From Candidatus Woesearchaeota archaeon (lineage in GTDB: Archaea > Nanobdellota > Nanobdellia > Pacearchaeales > GW2011-AR1), in the NCBI GenBank assembly GCA_964611235.1, contig CAZSWH010000001.1, positions 1 to 39,474 of the forward strand: a DNA stretch of 39,474 nucleotides. The letters are read 5' to 3'. Below the pieces are notes generated by a model, which saw nothing but the letters and a program-made list of their open reading frames with translations, had not been told where the DNA came from and ran no database searches. Both the position numbers and the translations under genes were made by a program. How positions within the stretch are numbered: position 1 is the stretch's first letter; each line of letters begins with the position of its first letter. Shown piece by piece: positions 14,823 through 24,518 of the stretch.

Positions 14823-17468
14823 ATGAATATTAAAAAGAGAGGATTGACTTTTGCAGAGGCAGATAGAAGATTAAAAGAATATGGTTTTAATGAAATTAAG
14901 GATATTTCAAAAGTTTATCTTTTAAAGATTCTTTTGAGACAAATAAAAAATAATTTTATTGTTTATCTTTTATTTTTCGCAATGGTGCTTTCTTTTTTTG
15001 TCGGAAAATCACTGACGGCCTATGTTATTCTTGGTATTATTATTGTGGTAATTTTAGCAGGATTTATTCAGGAATATAAAGCAGAAAGAGCAATTCAGGC
15101 TTTAAAAAATATGATGACACCTTTTTCTGTTGTTATTCGTGATGGAAAAGAGCAGGAAATAGATTCAAGAGAAATAGTCCCTGGAGATATTTTAGTTTTA
15201 AGAAATGGAGAAAAAATTCCTGCGGATTGTATTGTTATTGAAGAAAAAGATTTGCTCGTTAATGAAGCTGTATTGACTGGGGAGTCTTCAGAAGTTAAAA
15301 AGGTTGCAGTTAAGAACACAACGAATTATACTGAAAAAAATACTTTATTTATGGGCTCTTTTATTGTTAGTGGGAAATGTATTGCTCAATCTATTCATAT
15401 AGGAATGAATACTCATTTTGGGCATATTGCGAGGATGATTTCAAGCACAGAGAAGGAACTTCCATTGCAAAAAAAAGTGAATACTATTGCGAAATATATG
15501 GTTATATTAGGTTCATTTTTTGCAATTCTAACTGGTTTAATTATGATTCTAAGGGTATCCACATTAGATAGTCCTTTTGTTATAGAAGTCCTGATAATGG
15601 TTATAGCAATTTGTGTAGCTTCATTTCCTGAAGGATTTCCGATGGTGCTTATTACTTCTCTTGCATCAGGGGCATATAGAATGGCAGGAAAAAATGCTAT
15701 TGTTAATAGAATGTCAATAATAGAAACATTAGGAGAAACAACTATAATTTGTGCAGATAAAACAGGAACAATCACAAAAGGAGAGATGACTGTTAGGAAA
15801 ATTTTTTCAGATAATCGTATCTATGATGTTTCCGGCACTGGATATTCAGGGCATGGCTTTTTCTTTTCTAATTCTAAAAAAATAACTCCAGAAAAAGAAA
15901 AGACCTTGAGTCTTCTTTTAAAGACAGCAGTTTTATGTAATGATTCAATAATTTCAAGAACCGGCGAGGCTAAGTTATATAAAATAAGCGGCGCTCCTAC
16001 AGAAGCTTCTTTACTTATAATGGGTGTAAAAGCAGGATTATTCAAGGAAGATTTTTATTTAACAAGAAACAAGGAAATTCCATTTACCTCTGAAAGAAAA
16101 ATGATGACTATTTTACAGAAAGAATCAAAAAACAGAATAGTTTATTCAAAAGGAGCTCTTGAAATATTATTATTTAAATGTAAATATATACAAAGAGATA
16201 ATGGAATTTTTAGATTATCAGACAGAGATAAAAAAAATATTTTGAGTTACAATAAAAAATTGACATCAAATTCTTTTAGAACTCTTGCTTTTGCTTATAA
16301 AAAAACAGATTCTATAAAAGAGGGAGATTTAGAGGAAAATCTAATTTTTTTGGGTTTTGTTGGAATGGAAGACCCGCCAAGAGATGAAATAAAAGATGCT
16401 TTAGTGACATGCAAGAATGCAGGAATCAAAGTAAAAATAATAACAGGGGATAATAAAGAGACTGCACTTTCTATTGCTGAACAAATAGGGTTAGATAAAG
16501 GAGAAATTTTAGAAGGTAAAGATTTAGAGAAAATCACAGACCAAGAGTTGATTAATAAAGTAAAAAATATTGTTATCTTTGCAAGAGTAAAACCAGAGCA
16601 TAAACTAAGAATTGTTAAAGCATTAAAATCTAGTGGCGAGATTGTCACAATGACAGGGGACGGAGTAAATGATGCACCTGCTTTGAAAGAAGCTCATATA
16701 GGAATTGCAATGGGGAAAAATGGAACTGATGTTTCACGTTCTGTGGCTGATTTAACTTTAAAAGATGATAACTTTGTGACTATTGTTGATGCAATAAAAG
16801 AAGGCAGAACTATATTTAAAAATATCCAAAAGTTTTCATCTTATCAAATCTCAGTTAATTTCGCACAGGTTGCAATAATTTTTTTGGCAGTTCTTTTAGG
16901 TCTGCCTCTTCCTTTAGTTGCTATACAAATCCTATTTATGAATATATTTTCTGACGAAATTACTGCGGTTGCATTATCTTTTAATCCTTACTCTAAAGAT
17001 GTTATGAACTATAAACCGAGAAAAAAATCTGAGATAATCTCCAGGCCTTTGCTTATGATGATTATAATTTCAGGACTTGTGATGAGTCTTGTTTCCTTGG
17101 CTGTCTTTTATTTTTCACTTTCAATTATGAGATTGGGGGAAGCAATGACTACGACTTTTCTTACAATGGTTTTTTTTGCAATGATGAATAGTTATAATTT
17201 TAGGAGTTTTAGAAAAGTTACTTTAACAAGGTCTCCTTTTACAAACAAGTTTTTAGTTTACGCTTCTTTATTTGTAATTTTAGTAACTGTATTTTTTATT
17301 TATTCTCCTGTAGGCTCTTTATTTAATTTAGTTGAAATCAGCCCTGTATACTTATTGGGAGTGTTTTTAATTTCTTTATCTGTAATAGTTATTATTGATT
17401 TGATAAAATGGATGAACGAAAAAAGGCAATGGTGGGGTGAAGATATGCAAGATTTTAACACAAAGTAA
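14823..17468 (+). CDS. P-type cation-transporting ATPase (P2-type, Ca2+/Mg2+-like)
   Basis: 881 aa. Has an N-terminal LT..EA..RL..YG.NE, TGES, PEGFP in TM4, the phosphorylation site CADKTGTIT, hinge TGDGVNDAPALK, and multiple C-terminal TM helices. Confidence 0.92.
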   Translation: MNIKKRGLTFAEADRRLKEYGFNEIKDISKVYLLKILLRQIKNNFIVYLLFFAMVLSFFVGKSLTAYVILGIIIVVILAGFIQEYKAERAIQALKNMMTPFSVVIRDGKEQEIDSREIVPGDILVLRNGEKIPADCIVIEEKDLLVNEAVLTGESSEVKKVAVKNTTNYTEKNTLFMGSFIVSGKCIAQSIHIGMNTHFGHIARMISSTEKELPLQKKVNTIAKYMVILGSFFAILTGLIMILRVSTLDSPFVIEVLIMVIAICVASFPEGFPMVLITSLASGAYRMAGKNAIVNRMSIIETLGETTIICADKTGTITKGEMTVRKIFSDNRIYDVSGTGYSGHGFFFSNSKKITPEKEKTLSLLLKTAVLCNDSIISRTGEAKLYKISGAPTEASLLIMGVKAGLFKEDFYLTRNKEIPFTSERKMMTILQKESKNRIVYSKGALEILLFKCKYIQRDNGIFRLSDRDKKNILSYNKKLTSNSFRTLAFAYKKTDSIKEGDLEENLIFLGFVGMEDPPRDEIKDALVTCKNAGIKVKIITGDNKETALSIAEQIGLDKGEILEGKDLEKITDQELINKVKNIVIFARVKPEHKLRIVKALKSSGEIVTMTGDGVNDAPALKEAHIGIAMGKNGTDVSRSVADLTLKDDNFVTIVDAIKEGRTIFKNIQKFSSYQISVNFAQVAIIFLAVLLGLPLPLVAIQILFMNIFSDEITAVALSFNPYSKDVMNYKPRKKSEIISRPLLMMIIISGLVMSLVSLAVFYFSLSIMRLGEAMTTTFLTMVFFAMMNSYNFRSFRKVTLTRSPFTNKFLVYASLFVILVTVFFIYSPVGSLFNLVEISPVYLLGVFLISLSVIVIIDLIKWMNEKRQWWGEDMQDFNTK

Positions 17469-17538
17469 TCTTAAAATCAGAGTCTATAAAAAGGTCTAAA
17501 AACTGAAACTATTTAAATCCTGTTAAGTTGTGAAAACT

Positions 17539-17868
17539 ATGAAAGAGGTAAAAAGGCCCTGGGGTAGTTTTAAGCAGTTTGTTAAAAATAAAAAATGCAC
17601 TGTTAAGGTTCTTGAAATAAACTCCAAACAGGAATTAAGTCTTCAGGTTCATAAAAATAGGGAAGAAAATTGGTATTTCTTTGATAAGGCAATTGTTCAA
17701 GTGGGAAATAAAAAAAAGAAAGTCAGCGAAGGAGAGATAATTAAAATTCCTAAGAAATCTCCACATAGGATTATCGCGGGAAATAAAAAGGTAAGAGTTT
17801 TAGAAATTTCTTTTGGTAAATTTGACGAGAAAGACGAAATAAGATTAGAGGATAAATATGGGAGATAA
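17539..17868 (+). CDS. cupin-fold mannose-6-phosphate isomerase (type II PMI C-terminal-domain-like)
   Basis: KRPWGSF....., ELSLQVHKNREENWYF, IPKKSPHRI, LEISFGKFDEKDEIRLEDKYGR match the ManC-type PMI cupin. ATG 17539 is preferred over GTG 17530; a TATTTAAAT box lies about 25 nt upstream. Confidence 0.8.
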   Translation: MKEVKRPWGSFKQFVKNKKCTVKVLEINSKQELSLQVHKNREENWYFFDKAIVQVGNKKKKVSEGEIIKIPKKSPHRIIAGNKKVRVLEISFGKFDEKDEIRLEDKYGR

Positions 17869-18676
17869 AATTATCGCAATAGATCTCGGCGGAACAAATT
17901 TAAGAGTTGCTCTTGTGAAAGACAACAAAATTTTAAAATATATTAAAAAACCGACGCCAAAGAGTAAGGATGAACTTCTGAAAGGGATTATTGATTCAAT
18001 AAATCCTCTGTTTGATAAAGATATAAAAGGAATTGGTGTGGCTTCTGCAGGACCGTTAGAAAAAGGAATTATAAAAAATCCTCCAAATCTCCCCTTAAAG
18101 AATTTTAATTTGAAAATTTTTTTAGAAAGAAAATTTAAGATAAAAACAGAAATTGCAAATGATGCCAATTGTGTTGCGATTGCAGAGACAAAATTAGGAT
18201 GTAAAAAGAAAAATTTTATTGTTCTGACTATAGGGACTGGAATTGGAGGAGGGATTATTGTAAATAGGAAACTTTATTCCGGGAAAGGACTTGCAGGAGA
18301 ATTAGGGCATATAGTTCTTAATAATGGAAAAGATTTTGAGTCACTCGCAGCAGGGAAGCGATTAAAAGAACTAACAATGAAAAATTTTGGAAAAGAATTT
18401 CTCGTTGCAGATTTAATAAAAATTAATAGTAAAAAATCAAATGAAATTTTGCAGGAATTAAGCAAATATCTTGGTCAGGGAATTGCCTCTTTGATTAATG
18501 TTTTTGACCCAGAGATTGTTATTCTAAGCGGAGGAGTAAAAGAATCTGGAAAAAAATATTTAAAGATGATTAGGGAGAACGCGAAAAAATATATAATTCT
18601 CCAGAGAAAAACTAAAATTATTTGGAGCAAACTAGAACATCCAGGAATTCTCGGAGCAAGTTTATTAGTAAAATGA
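17858..18676 (+). CDS. ROK-family sugar kinase (short form lacking the CxCGxxGC zinc motif)
   Basis: Motifs seen: IIAIDLGGTNLRVALV, NDANCVAIAE, TIGTGIGGGII, GELGHIV. Overlaps the cupin gene by 11 nt. Confidence 0.8.
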   Translation: MGDKIIAIDLGGTNLRVALVKDNKILKYIKKPTPKSKDELLKGIIDSINPLFDKDIKGIGVASAGPLEKGIIKNPPNLPLKNFNLKIFLERKFKIKTEIANDANCVAIAETKLGCKKKNFIVLTIGTGIGGGIIVNRKLYSGKGLAGELGHIVLNNGKDFESLAAGKRLKELTMKNFGKEFLVADLIKINSKKSNEILQELSKYLGQGIASLINVFDPEIVILSGGVKESGKKYLKMIRENAKKYIILQRKTKIIWSKLEHPGILGASLLVK

Positions 18677-19509
18677 AAGTAAAAAAAGTAAAAGCACCTG
18701 TTAGAATTGATTTTGCCGGCGGAACAACAGATATAAAATATTTTGCTGAGAGATACGGAGGAGCTGTCCTAAATTGCTCAATAAATAAATACGTTTACGG
18801 AGAATTAATTTCAGATGATAAAAAGGTTTCTTTAGAATATCACGCAGATATTCCAACTTCTTCTGGTTTAGGAACAAGCGGCGCTATGAATTTGGTCTGG
18901 CTCGCTCTGATAAGCAAAATAAAAGATAAAAAAGGGCTCGCTGAAAATGTTTACAAACTTGAGCAAAGCCAAGGATTAGTCGGAGGAAAACAAGACCAAT
19001 ATGCAGCTGCTCTTGGAGGAATAAATTTAATGTTATTCAATAAAAATAAAGTAACAATAAAAAAAGTTAAAATGAATAAAAAAATAATTCAGAAGTTAGA
19101 AGATTCTCTTGTGATTCTTTATGTAGGGAAACCTCATTTTTCAGGAGATGCAAATAAATTAATGATAGATAATTTGAAAAAAGAAACTAACGTAAAAGCT
19201 CTGCTTGAAATTAAAAAAATTGCTTTAGAAATGAAAAAAGCTCTTGAAAATTCCAATTTAGAAAAATTCGCTGAACTGCTCAATAAGGAAACAGGACAAA
19301 GAAGACAATTAGCAAAAGAAACAATCCCAAAGTTGGTGCAGGATTATATTGATAAAGGAATGAAAAATGGAGCAGTGGCTGCAAAGGTCTGCGGCTCTGG
19401 AAACGGCGGGAGCATTTTATTCTTTGGGGACAAAAAGAAATTAAAAAGAACTTTTAAAAAAGGGATTATAGATTTCAAATTTGATTGGAAAGGTTTGCAG
19501 TGGTTTTAA
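18673..19509 (+). CDS. GHMP-family sugar kinase (HddA / heptose-7-phosphate-kinase-like)
   Basis: APVRIDFAGGTTDIKYF, GHMP motif II PTSSGLGTSGA, and a C-terminal KVCGSGNGGS. ATG 18673 overlaps the ROK stop as ATGA, so it is preferred over the track start at 18622. Confidence 0.8.
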   Translation: MKVKKVKAPVRIDFAGGTTDIKYFAERYGGAVLNCSINKYVYGELISDDKKVSLEYHADIPTSSGLGTSGAMNLVWLALISKIKDKKGLAENVYKLEQSQGLVGGKQDQYAAALGGINLMLFNKNKVTIKKVKMNKKIIQKLEDSLVILYVGKPHFSGDANKLMIDNLKKETNVKALLEIKKIALEMKKALENSNLEKFAELLNKETGQRRQLAKETIPKLVQDYIDKGMKNGAVAAKVCGSGNGGSILFFGDKKKLKRTFKKGIIDFKFDWKGLQWF

Positions 19510-19605
19510 AAGTTTTTAGTTATAAAAGTAAGATTAAAATTGAACCTGCGATTTAGTCGGTGTAAACACGAGGATATATTTTTTGGAGAAAATTAATAAC
19601 TTTTA

Positions 19606-20367
19606 TTATATTACTACGTTTTCAGAATTTAGCACATCTGAAATACTTTTTCCATTTAAAGAAAGATTATATGATAGACCCCTTTTTGTTGTACTTTTAA
19701 TACCAATATCTTTATTAGAATGGAACTGTTCACTAATTTTATAAACACCTAATTCTCCCATCAATTGTAAGGGCGTTTCTCCTCTTCCAAAAATAGCCAT
19801 TTCTACCCAAGGATAAGGATTGGATTTAGCCAAACTAAATCTAATTAAACAATTTTCTAAAGTTGTTGTATAGCATGAGTCATTTGGTTGTTCTATTTTA
19901 GCTCCTCTTTTATGAAGATCTTCTAAGATTCTATTTCCTATTTCCCATATCTTATCTGGATTAATTCTATCTCCAGAAACAGATCCTAAATATCTTCTAC
20001 TATTTTCATCTATAACAGTTCCATAACTTGCGTAAGTTACTGCCTGAAAAGTTACAGGCATAATGTTTGATGGAACTAAAAGTTCTAAAACATTTTTTTC
20101 AGATTCTAAATAACCTCTTGCTATTTGTTCTTTAATTTTAGGAGTCGTTTCAAAGGGTCCTTCTATTCTTGAAGAACCTAACCTTCTTTCAAAACTTCCC
20201 ATAAAAGGATAATCATCAAGAAAATAATACCTCCTAGTTTCTAAGAAAAAAAGTAATTCGTGTTTTTTTGAGATTAAATCTTTTAAATCTTCTTCTAATA
20301 AAAATCTTACACCTTCTATTCCTTTTAAAATTCCTTTAGGAACTTTTAATACTTTTTGGAATGCCAT
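19606..20367 (-). CDS. hypothetical protein (no recognisable family)
   Basis: A long ORF, 253 aa from ATG 20367 (MAFQKVLKV...). A TATA-like TTTTTAAAG lies about 26 nt upstream. The gene is very AT-rich relative to its neighbours. Confidence 0.6.
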   Translation of the reverse strand: MAFQKVLKVPKGILKGIEGVRFLLEEDLKDLISKKHELLFFLETRRYYFLDDYPFMGSFERRLGSSRIEGPFETTPKIKEQIARGYLESEKNVLELLVPSNIMPVTFQAVTYASYGTVIDENSRRYLGSVSGDRINPDKIWEIGNRILEDLHKRGAKIEQPNDSCYTTTLENCLIRFSLAKSNPYPWVEMAIFGRGETPLQLMGELGVYKISEQFHSNKDIGIKSTTKRGLSYNLSLNGKSISDVLNSENVVI

Positions 20368-20506
20368 AGTCAACTTACTAAATGATTATTTTTAAAGTTA
20401 TCTCAGAAAAATTCATTTAAATTGGGTGGTAAAAGTTTTCATTATAAAAACTTATAAAATTTAGTAAAAAAATATATACTTCGTGTAACCAATCTATTTC
20501 GTTTTA

Positions 20507-21634
20507 CTAAAACTCCCCGTAAATCTCAAAAGTTTTTTTTGCAATAATGCTCCATCCATTGACCTTCTTGACATATTCCTCTGCATTCTTTGAAAATTTA
20601 TCTCTCATTTTTTTATTCCTGAGAAGTTTTATAATTGCTTTATAGAACTTGGCGCGGTTTTTTACAGCCAGTCCTGCTTTACTGTTTCTTATCTCTGCTC
20701 CAAGACCTTCTATATCCGTCGCTATTATAGGTGCTCCTACTGAAAGTCCGTGTGCGAGAACTCCTGACTGGCTTTCGCTTTTGTATGGAAGCACAAGGAT
20801 ATCAAAACTCTTTAATTTTCTGTAAAAAGCCATTTCATTATAATCTCTTACAGAAATATCTATATTCTTGCTTACAGGACTTTCCATAATCGATTGAAAT
20901 ACTTTTTCCAAATAAATTCTCGTTTCTTCTGCTGATTCTGGTTTTAATTCAAGAGAAAGTTTTGCGTTAGGAAATTTTTTGACTACTTTTGGCCATTGGC
21001 TAATTAGAGTTCTATATCCCTTTCTATCACTCGCGAGACCTGCAGAGCCAACAATTAAATCTGATAAAAAATAACCAAAACCTTTTTTCGCTTCATTTTT
21101 ATTAATTTTTATATCTTCTCTTGAGCCGTGAGGTAAAACATAAACATTGTTTGGCTTCCACCCTATATTTTCTGGGAGCAATTCTTTTTGGTAGTTCTCA
21201 TGCAAAATCCCTGCAGAAAGTTCTTTTAAACTGTTGCTTACAAATATTGAAAAATTTTTGTTTAACTTTTTATAAACACTGTGATAAGTCATCACAACAG
21301 GAATTTTAATTTCTTTTATCATCTTAATTAATTCTATGACTCTCTCATTATGGTCTCCATAAGTTTCGTAAAGCCCGTATTCATGTTGTATATGAACAAT
21401 GTCAGGCATTTCTTTTTTTATGATTTTGAGCACATTGTAGTGCCACTTTTTATTTTTCAAATTAATAATAGGATAATCAGATTTTTTAGCGTCTGTGTGA
21501 GCAATAATTTTCACTGAGAAATTTTTTTTATTTTTCTCTGCAAAGTTTTTCAAAGCAGAAATATAATGTCTAGAATAATAAGCAATACCGCACGAACGAG
21601 GCAGATAACTTGAAATCCACACCACTTTTACCAT
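20507..21634 (-). CDS. GT4-family (GT-B, group 1) glycosyltransferase
   Basis: 375 aa. The C-terminal half has the ...PYKSESQSGVLAHGLSVGAPIIATDIEG... (E-x7-E-like) signature, and N-terminal CGIAYYS. Confidence 0.8.
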   Translation of the reverse strand: MVKVVWISSYLPRSCGIAYYSRHYISALKNFAEKNKKNFSVKIIAHTDAKKSDYPIINLKNKKWHYNVLKIIKKEMPDIVHIQHEYGLYETYGDHNERVIELIKMIKEIKIPVVMTYHSVYKKLNKNFSIFVSNSLKELSAGILHENYQKELLPENIGWKPNNVYVLPHGSREDIKINKNEAKKGFGYFLSDLIVGSAGLASDRKGYRTLISQWPKVVKKFPNAKLSLELKPESAEETRIYLEKVFQSIMESPVSKNIDISVRDYNEMAFYRKLKSFDILVLPYKSESQSGVLAHGLSVGAPIIATDIEGLGAEIRNSKAGLAVKNRAKFYKAIIKLLRNKKMRDKFSKNAEEYVKKVNGWSIIAKKTFEIYGEF

Positions 21635-21720
21635 AAACTAAAAAAACTATTTTCTTTTATATATCTTTTGGTAATTCTCTGTTTCCAAATATCTGCATAC
21701 AATAATAATTAGCTTTTTTT

Positions 21721-21746
21721 TATTTTAATATTTACCATCTTCTTTT
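21721..21746 (-). repeat. 26-nt duplicate of the translation start region of the 21753..22211 gene
   Basis: TATTTTAATATTTACCATCTTCTTTT is identical to 22194..22219. On the minus strand it reads AAAAGAAG-ATG-GTA-AAT-ATT-AAA-ATA and opens only a 9-codon ORF (MVNIKIKKS*). Confidence 0.9.
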
Positions 21747-21752
21747 TGCATG

Positions 21753-22211
21753 CTAATTACCATAAATTACATTAATTCCGGCTGTGTCTTTATCATTTCC
21801 AATTTTATATTTAATTTTAAGTGACTGAGAGCCTTTTAAATTACTTAAATAAGAAATCTCTTCCCAGCTTTCCGAATGACTAGACTCTACAAATTTTACA
21901 CCATCACCTATAATTTGCAGAGAAGTATAACAACCGCCAAGCCCCCCTTTTTTGCATTTAATCTGAATACGAAAAATTTCCCATGGACCTTCCAAAGAAA
22001 GAAACTCAACAAAATCTTCACTTTTGGTGCCTCCGCCTTTTCCATGTAACTGAAGATAGGCAGAATTGCCACCATCAACTTCTCCAGCATCATGCCCATG
22101 AACATTTGGGTCTCCACTTCCATAAGCCATTACATAAGCAACAGCTATCAAAAGAACCATAACTCCTGCTAAAAACCATAAACCTTTTTTTTCTATTTTA
22201 ATATTTACCAT
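21753..22211 (-). CDS. hypothetical membrane-anchored/secreted protein (class III-like N-terminus)
   Basis: 152 aa. MVNIKIEKKGLWFLAGVMVLLIAVAYVMAYG is followed by a Gly/His-rich segment and a beta-rich C-terminus. Confidence 0.6.
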   Translation of the reverse strand: MVNIKIEKKGLWFLAGVMVLLIAVAYVMAYGSGDPNVHGHDAGEVDGGNSAYLQLHGKGGGTKSEDFVEFLSLEGPWEIFRIQIKCKKGGLGGCYTSLQIIGDGVKFVESSHSESWEEISYLSNLKGSQSLKIKYKIGNDKDTAGINVIYGN

Positions 22212-22219
22212 CTTCTTTT
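22194..22219 (-). repeat. 26-nt repeat partner (genuine start region of the 152-aa gene)
   Basis: Identical to 21721..21746. The flanking T-runs extend the similarity to about 33 nt with one indel. Confidence 0.9.
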
Positions 22220-22301
22220 ATATTTTATATGAAATTGTTGTTTAAAAACTTTTCGTTGTTTATTTTTTGGTTCATTAAAGGACTTTGAAAGCACTAAAAA
22301 T

Positions 22302-24518
22302 TTATTTCTTTTTTCTATTTAATCTTTTCTCTTCTAAAGATAATCTTGCTATAAGATAAGACAATGTTGATTCTGTTCCCTGATTTAAATTTATAGAATT
22401 TTCTGATAGTCCGTCGTAACATCCTCCTGTGTTCTCGTCATACATTATTTGTTTTAAATGATTTCTTCCTAAAAACCAATTGAAACTAAGAACTGCCCTT
22501 TTGTAATATTCTTCTTCTTTTGTTATTTCATAAGCAATAAGATAGGTCTGCACAAGATAAGAAGCGTCAATAGGTTGCTGGTCAAAGTAAGCTCTTTCTC
22601 CGTTCCGATTGAACCATCCGTTTTGTCCAATAAGAAAAAGGCATTCATTTTTAAAGAGAACTTCTGTCAGGAAGTTAAGAGTATCCTTCGCGATATTAAG
22701 GTATCTTTCATCCCGGATAACCTTATACGCAAAAAATAGTGACTCAGGAATTTTAGAATTAGCATAAGTTAAATAACTCTCAATCCATTGCCAATCTTTA
22801 GAAGAATTATGGTCATATAAGTCAGATAAAGAATCTGCTAATTTTTTAATCTTATCAAAATATTTTTGATTCTGGAATTTATTGTAATAATAACATAATC
22901 CGATTATTGAAAAGGCAAATGCTCTTGGGGAATTTAAAACATTAATTATTTCAGAAGATTTATCAAAAATTTTTCTCGCTTTGCAGACCATCTCTGAATC
23001 TTTTGAGTTATCTATTAAAAATCCTAAAGCCCATAATGTTCTACCGAAAGCATCTTCACTCGTCTTTATTTCTTTATTTTGTAAAAAATCATTGAACTTT
23101 CCATTTTCCATTTGCATTCTTTCAATAAAGTTGAGATAAACTTTTGAAAGATTAAAAGATAAGGAATCATTAAAAAGTTTATAATGTAAAACTGTTGTTA
23201 TTAATGCTCTTGCATTATCATCTAATGTGTATCCTGATTCATAATCCGGAGTTGAAAATTTTGAAAACTGAAGAATTCCGAAATCTGTCGTTGATTTCTG
23301 TATGTGGCTTAGTTTTATTGCAGGATATTCCTCAGTTATATCTTCTCTTAATTTTATGATGCTGTTAAAAATATTCAGATATTTAGCAGAGACATTTAAC
23401 CATGTCATCTTTCTAGTATAGGAATATGCACTTTTTTCAATTTCTAATCTCAAATTTTTATTAGAAAGAATTTTGTCAATCTCCTTTGCATAAGATTCTG
23501 AATTCTTTAATTTAACTAAAATTCCTCTACCATTTGATAAGATTTCTTTTGCATAAGTGCTTGGTGTAGAAACAACACATCTGCCGCATCCCATAGCATA
23601 AGATAATGTCCCACTTACTATTTGGTTTTTCTCCAGATTAGCACAAACATAAATGTCTGAAGCCAAGAGATAATAAATTATTTCTTTGAGACTAAGGTAT
23701 TTATTATAAAATTTAACATTCTTCTTAAGACCAAGATTTTTTATCTTTTGCATAAGCTCTTTTCTGTAAGATTCACCTTCTTCTTCCCTAACTACTGGGT
23801 GTGTCTCACCAATTATAAGATAAATAAGATTAGGATATTTTTTTACCAACGCTGGCATTGCTTCTATCATATACTCAACTCCTTTTCCTCGGCTCAATAA
23901 ACCAAAAGTAGACAAAACAATTTTTTTATGGAGGTTTAATTTTTCCTTAAATTTTTCCTGACTGCTAAATCTGACATTTGGAATGCCATGATGAACCACA
24001 TGTATTTTTTCTCTTTCAATATCATAATCTTTATTTAGTATTTTTATCGCACTATTTGCCATTACTATAATCGCGGAAACTTTTGACGCAATAAATTTAA
24101 CGATTTTTTTCTTTAATTCATCTGGCTTGGGCAGAATACTGTGAAAAGTAATTACAACAGGTTTCTTAATTGTTTCTAAAAAAGGAATAAGATAACTCCC
24201 ATATTCCCCTCCAAAAATTCCAAACTCATGCTGTATACACACAAGTTTGATATCTTCAGATTTGTTTATTTCCTTAGCTATATTAATAAAATCCCCTATG
24301 TCCTCCCTATTCACTTGAAAAATCACTTTTTTATTATAATTATAAATTCCTTCTTCATCATTTATTGCAATAACTTCAGACTTAAGTTTTGGATTAAATC
24401 TTTTATTCATTGAGTTAATAAGGTCTTCAGTAAAGGTAGCTATACCGCACTCTCTCGGAGGGAAGTTGCCGAAAAAACAAATTTTTGATTTAGGATTACC
24501 CTTCTTTTTAATTTTCAT
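22302..24518 (-). CDS. GT4 glycosyltransferase fused to a C-terminal domain of about 340 aa (possibly alpha/alpha-toroid)
   Basis: 738 aa. The N-terminal approximately 390 aa has CGIATFTEDL, HEFGIFGG, GLLSRGKGVEY, and an E-x7-E-like GTLSYAMGCGRCVVSTP. The C-terminal part (GILQFSKFSTPDYESGYTLDDNARAL..., FGRTLWALGFLI) is a separate, helix-rich domain. Confidence 0.8.
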   Translation of the reverse strand: MKIKKKGNPKSKICFFGNFPPRECGIATFTEDLINSMNKRFNPKLKSEVIAINDEEGIYNYNKKVIFQVNREDIGDFINIAKEINKSEDIKLVCIQHEFGIFGGEYGSYLIPFLETIKKPVVITFHSILPKPDELKKKIVKFIASKVSAIIVMANSAIKILNKDYDIEREKIHVVHHGIPNVRFSSQEKFKEKLNLHKKIVLSTFGLLSRGKGVEYMIEAMPALVKKYPNLIYLIIGETHPVVREEEGESYRKELMQKIKNLGLKKNVKFYNKYLSLKEIIYYLLASDIYVCANLEKNQIVSGTLSYAMGCGRCVVSTPSTYAKEILSNGRGILVKLKNSESYAKEIDKILSNKNLRLEIEKSAYSYTRKMTWLNVSAKYLNIFNSIIKLREDITEEYPAIKLSHIQKSTTDFGILQFSKFSTPDYESGYTLDDNARALITTVLHYKLFNDSLSFNLSKVYLNFIERMQMENGKFNDFLQNKEIKTSEDAFGRTLWALGFLIDNSKDSEMVCKARKIFDKSSEIINVLNSPRAFAFSIIGLCYYYNKFQNQKYFDKIKKLADSLSDLYDHNSSKDWQWIESYLTYANSKIPESLFFAYKVIRDERYLNIAKDTLNFLTEVLFKNECLFLIGQNGWFNRNGERAYFDQQPIDASYLVQTYLIAYEITKEEEYYKRAVLSFNWFLGRNHLKQIMYDENTGGCYDGLSENSINLNQGTESTLSYLIARLSLEEKRLNRKKK

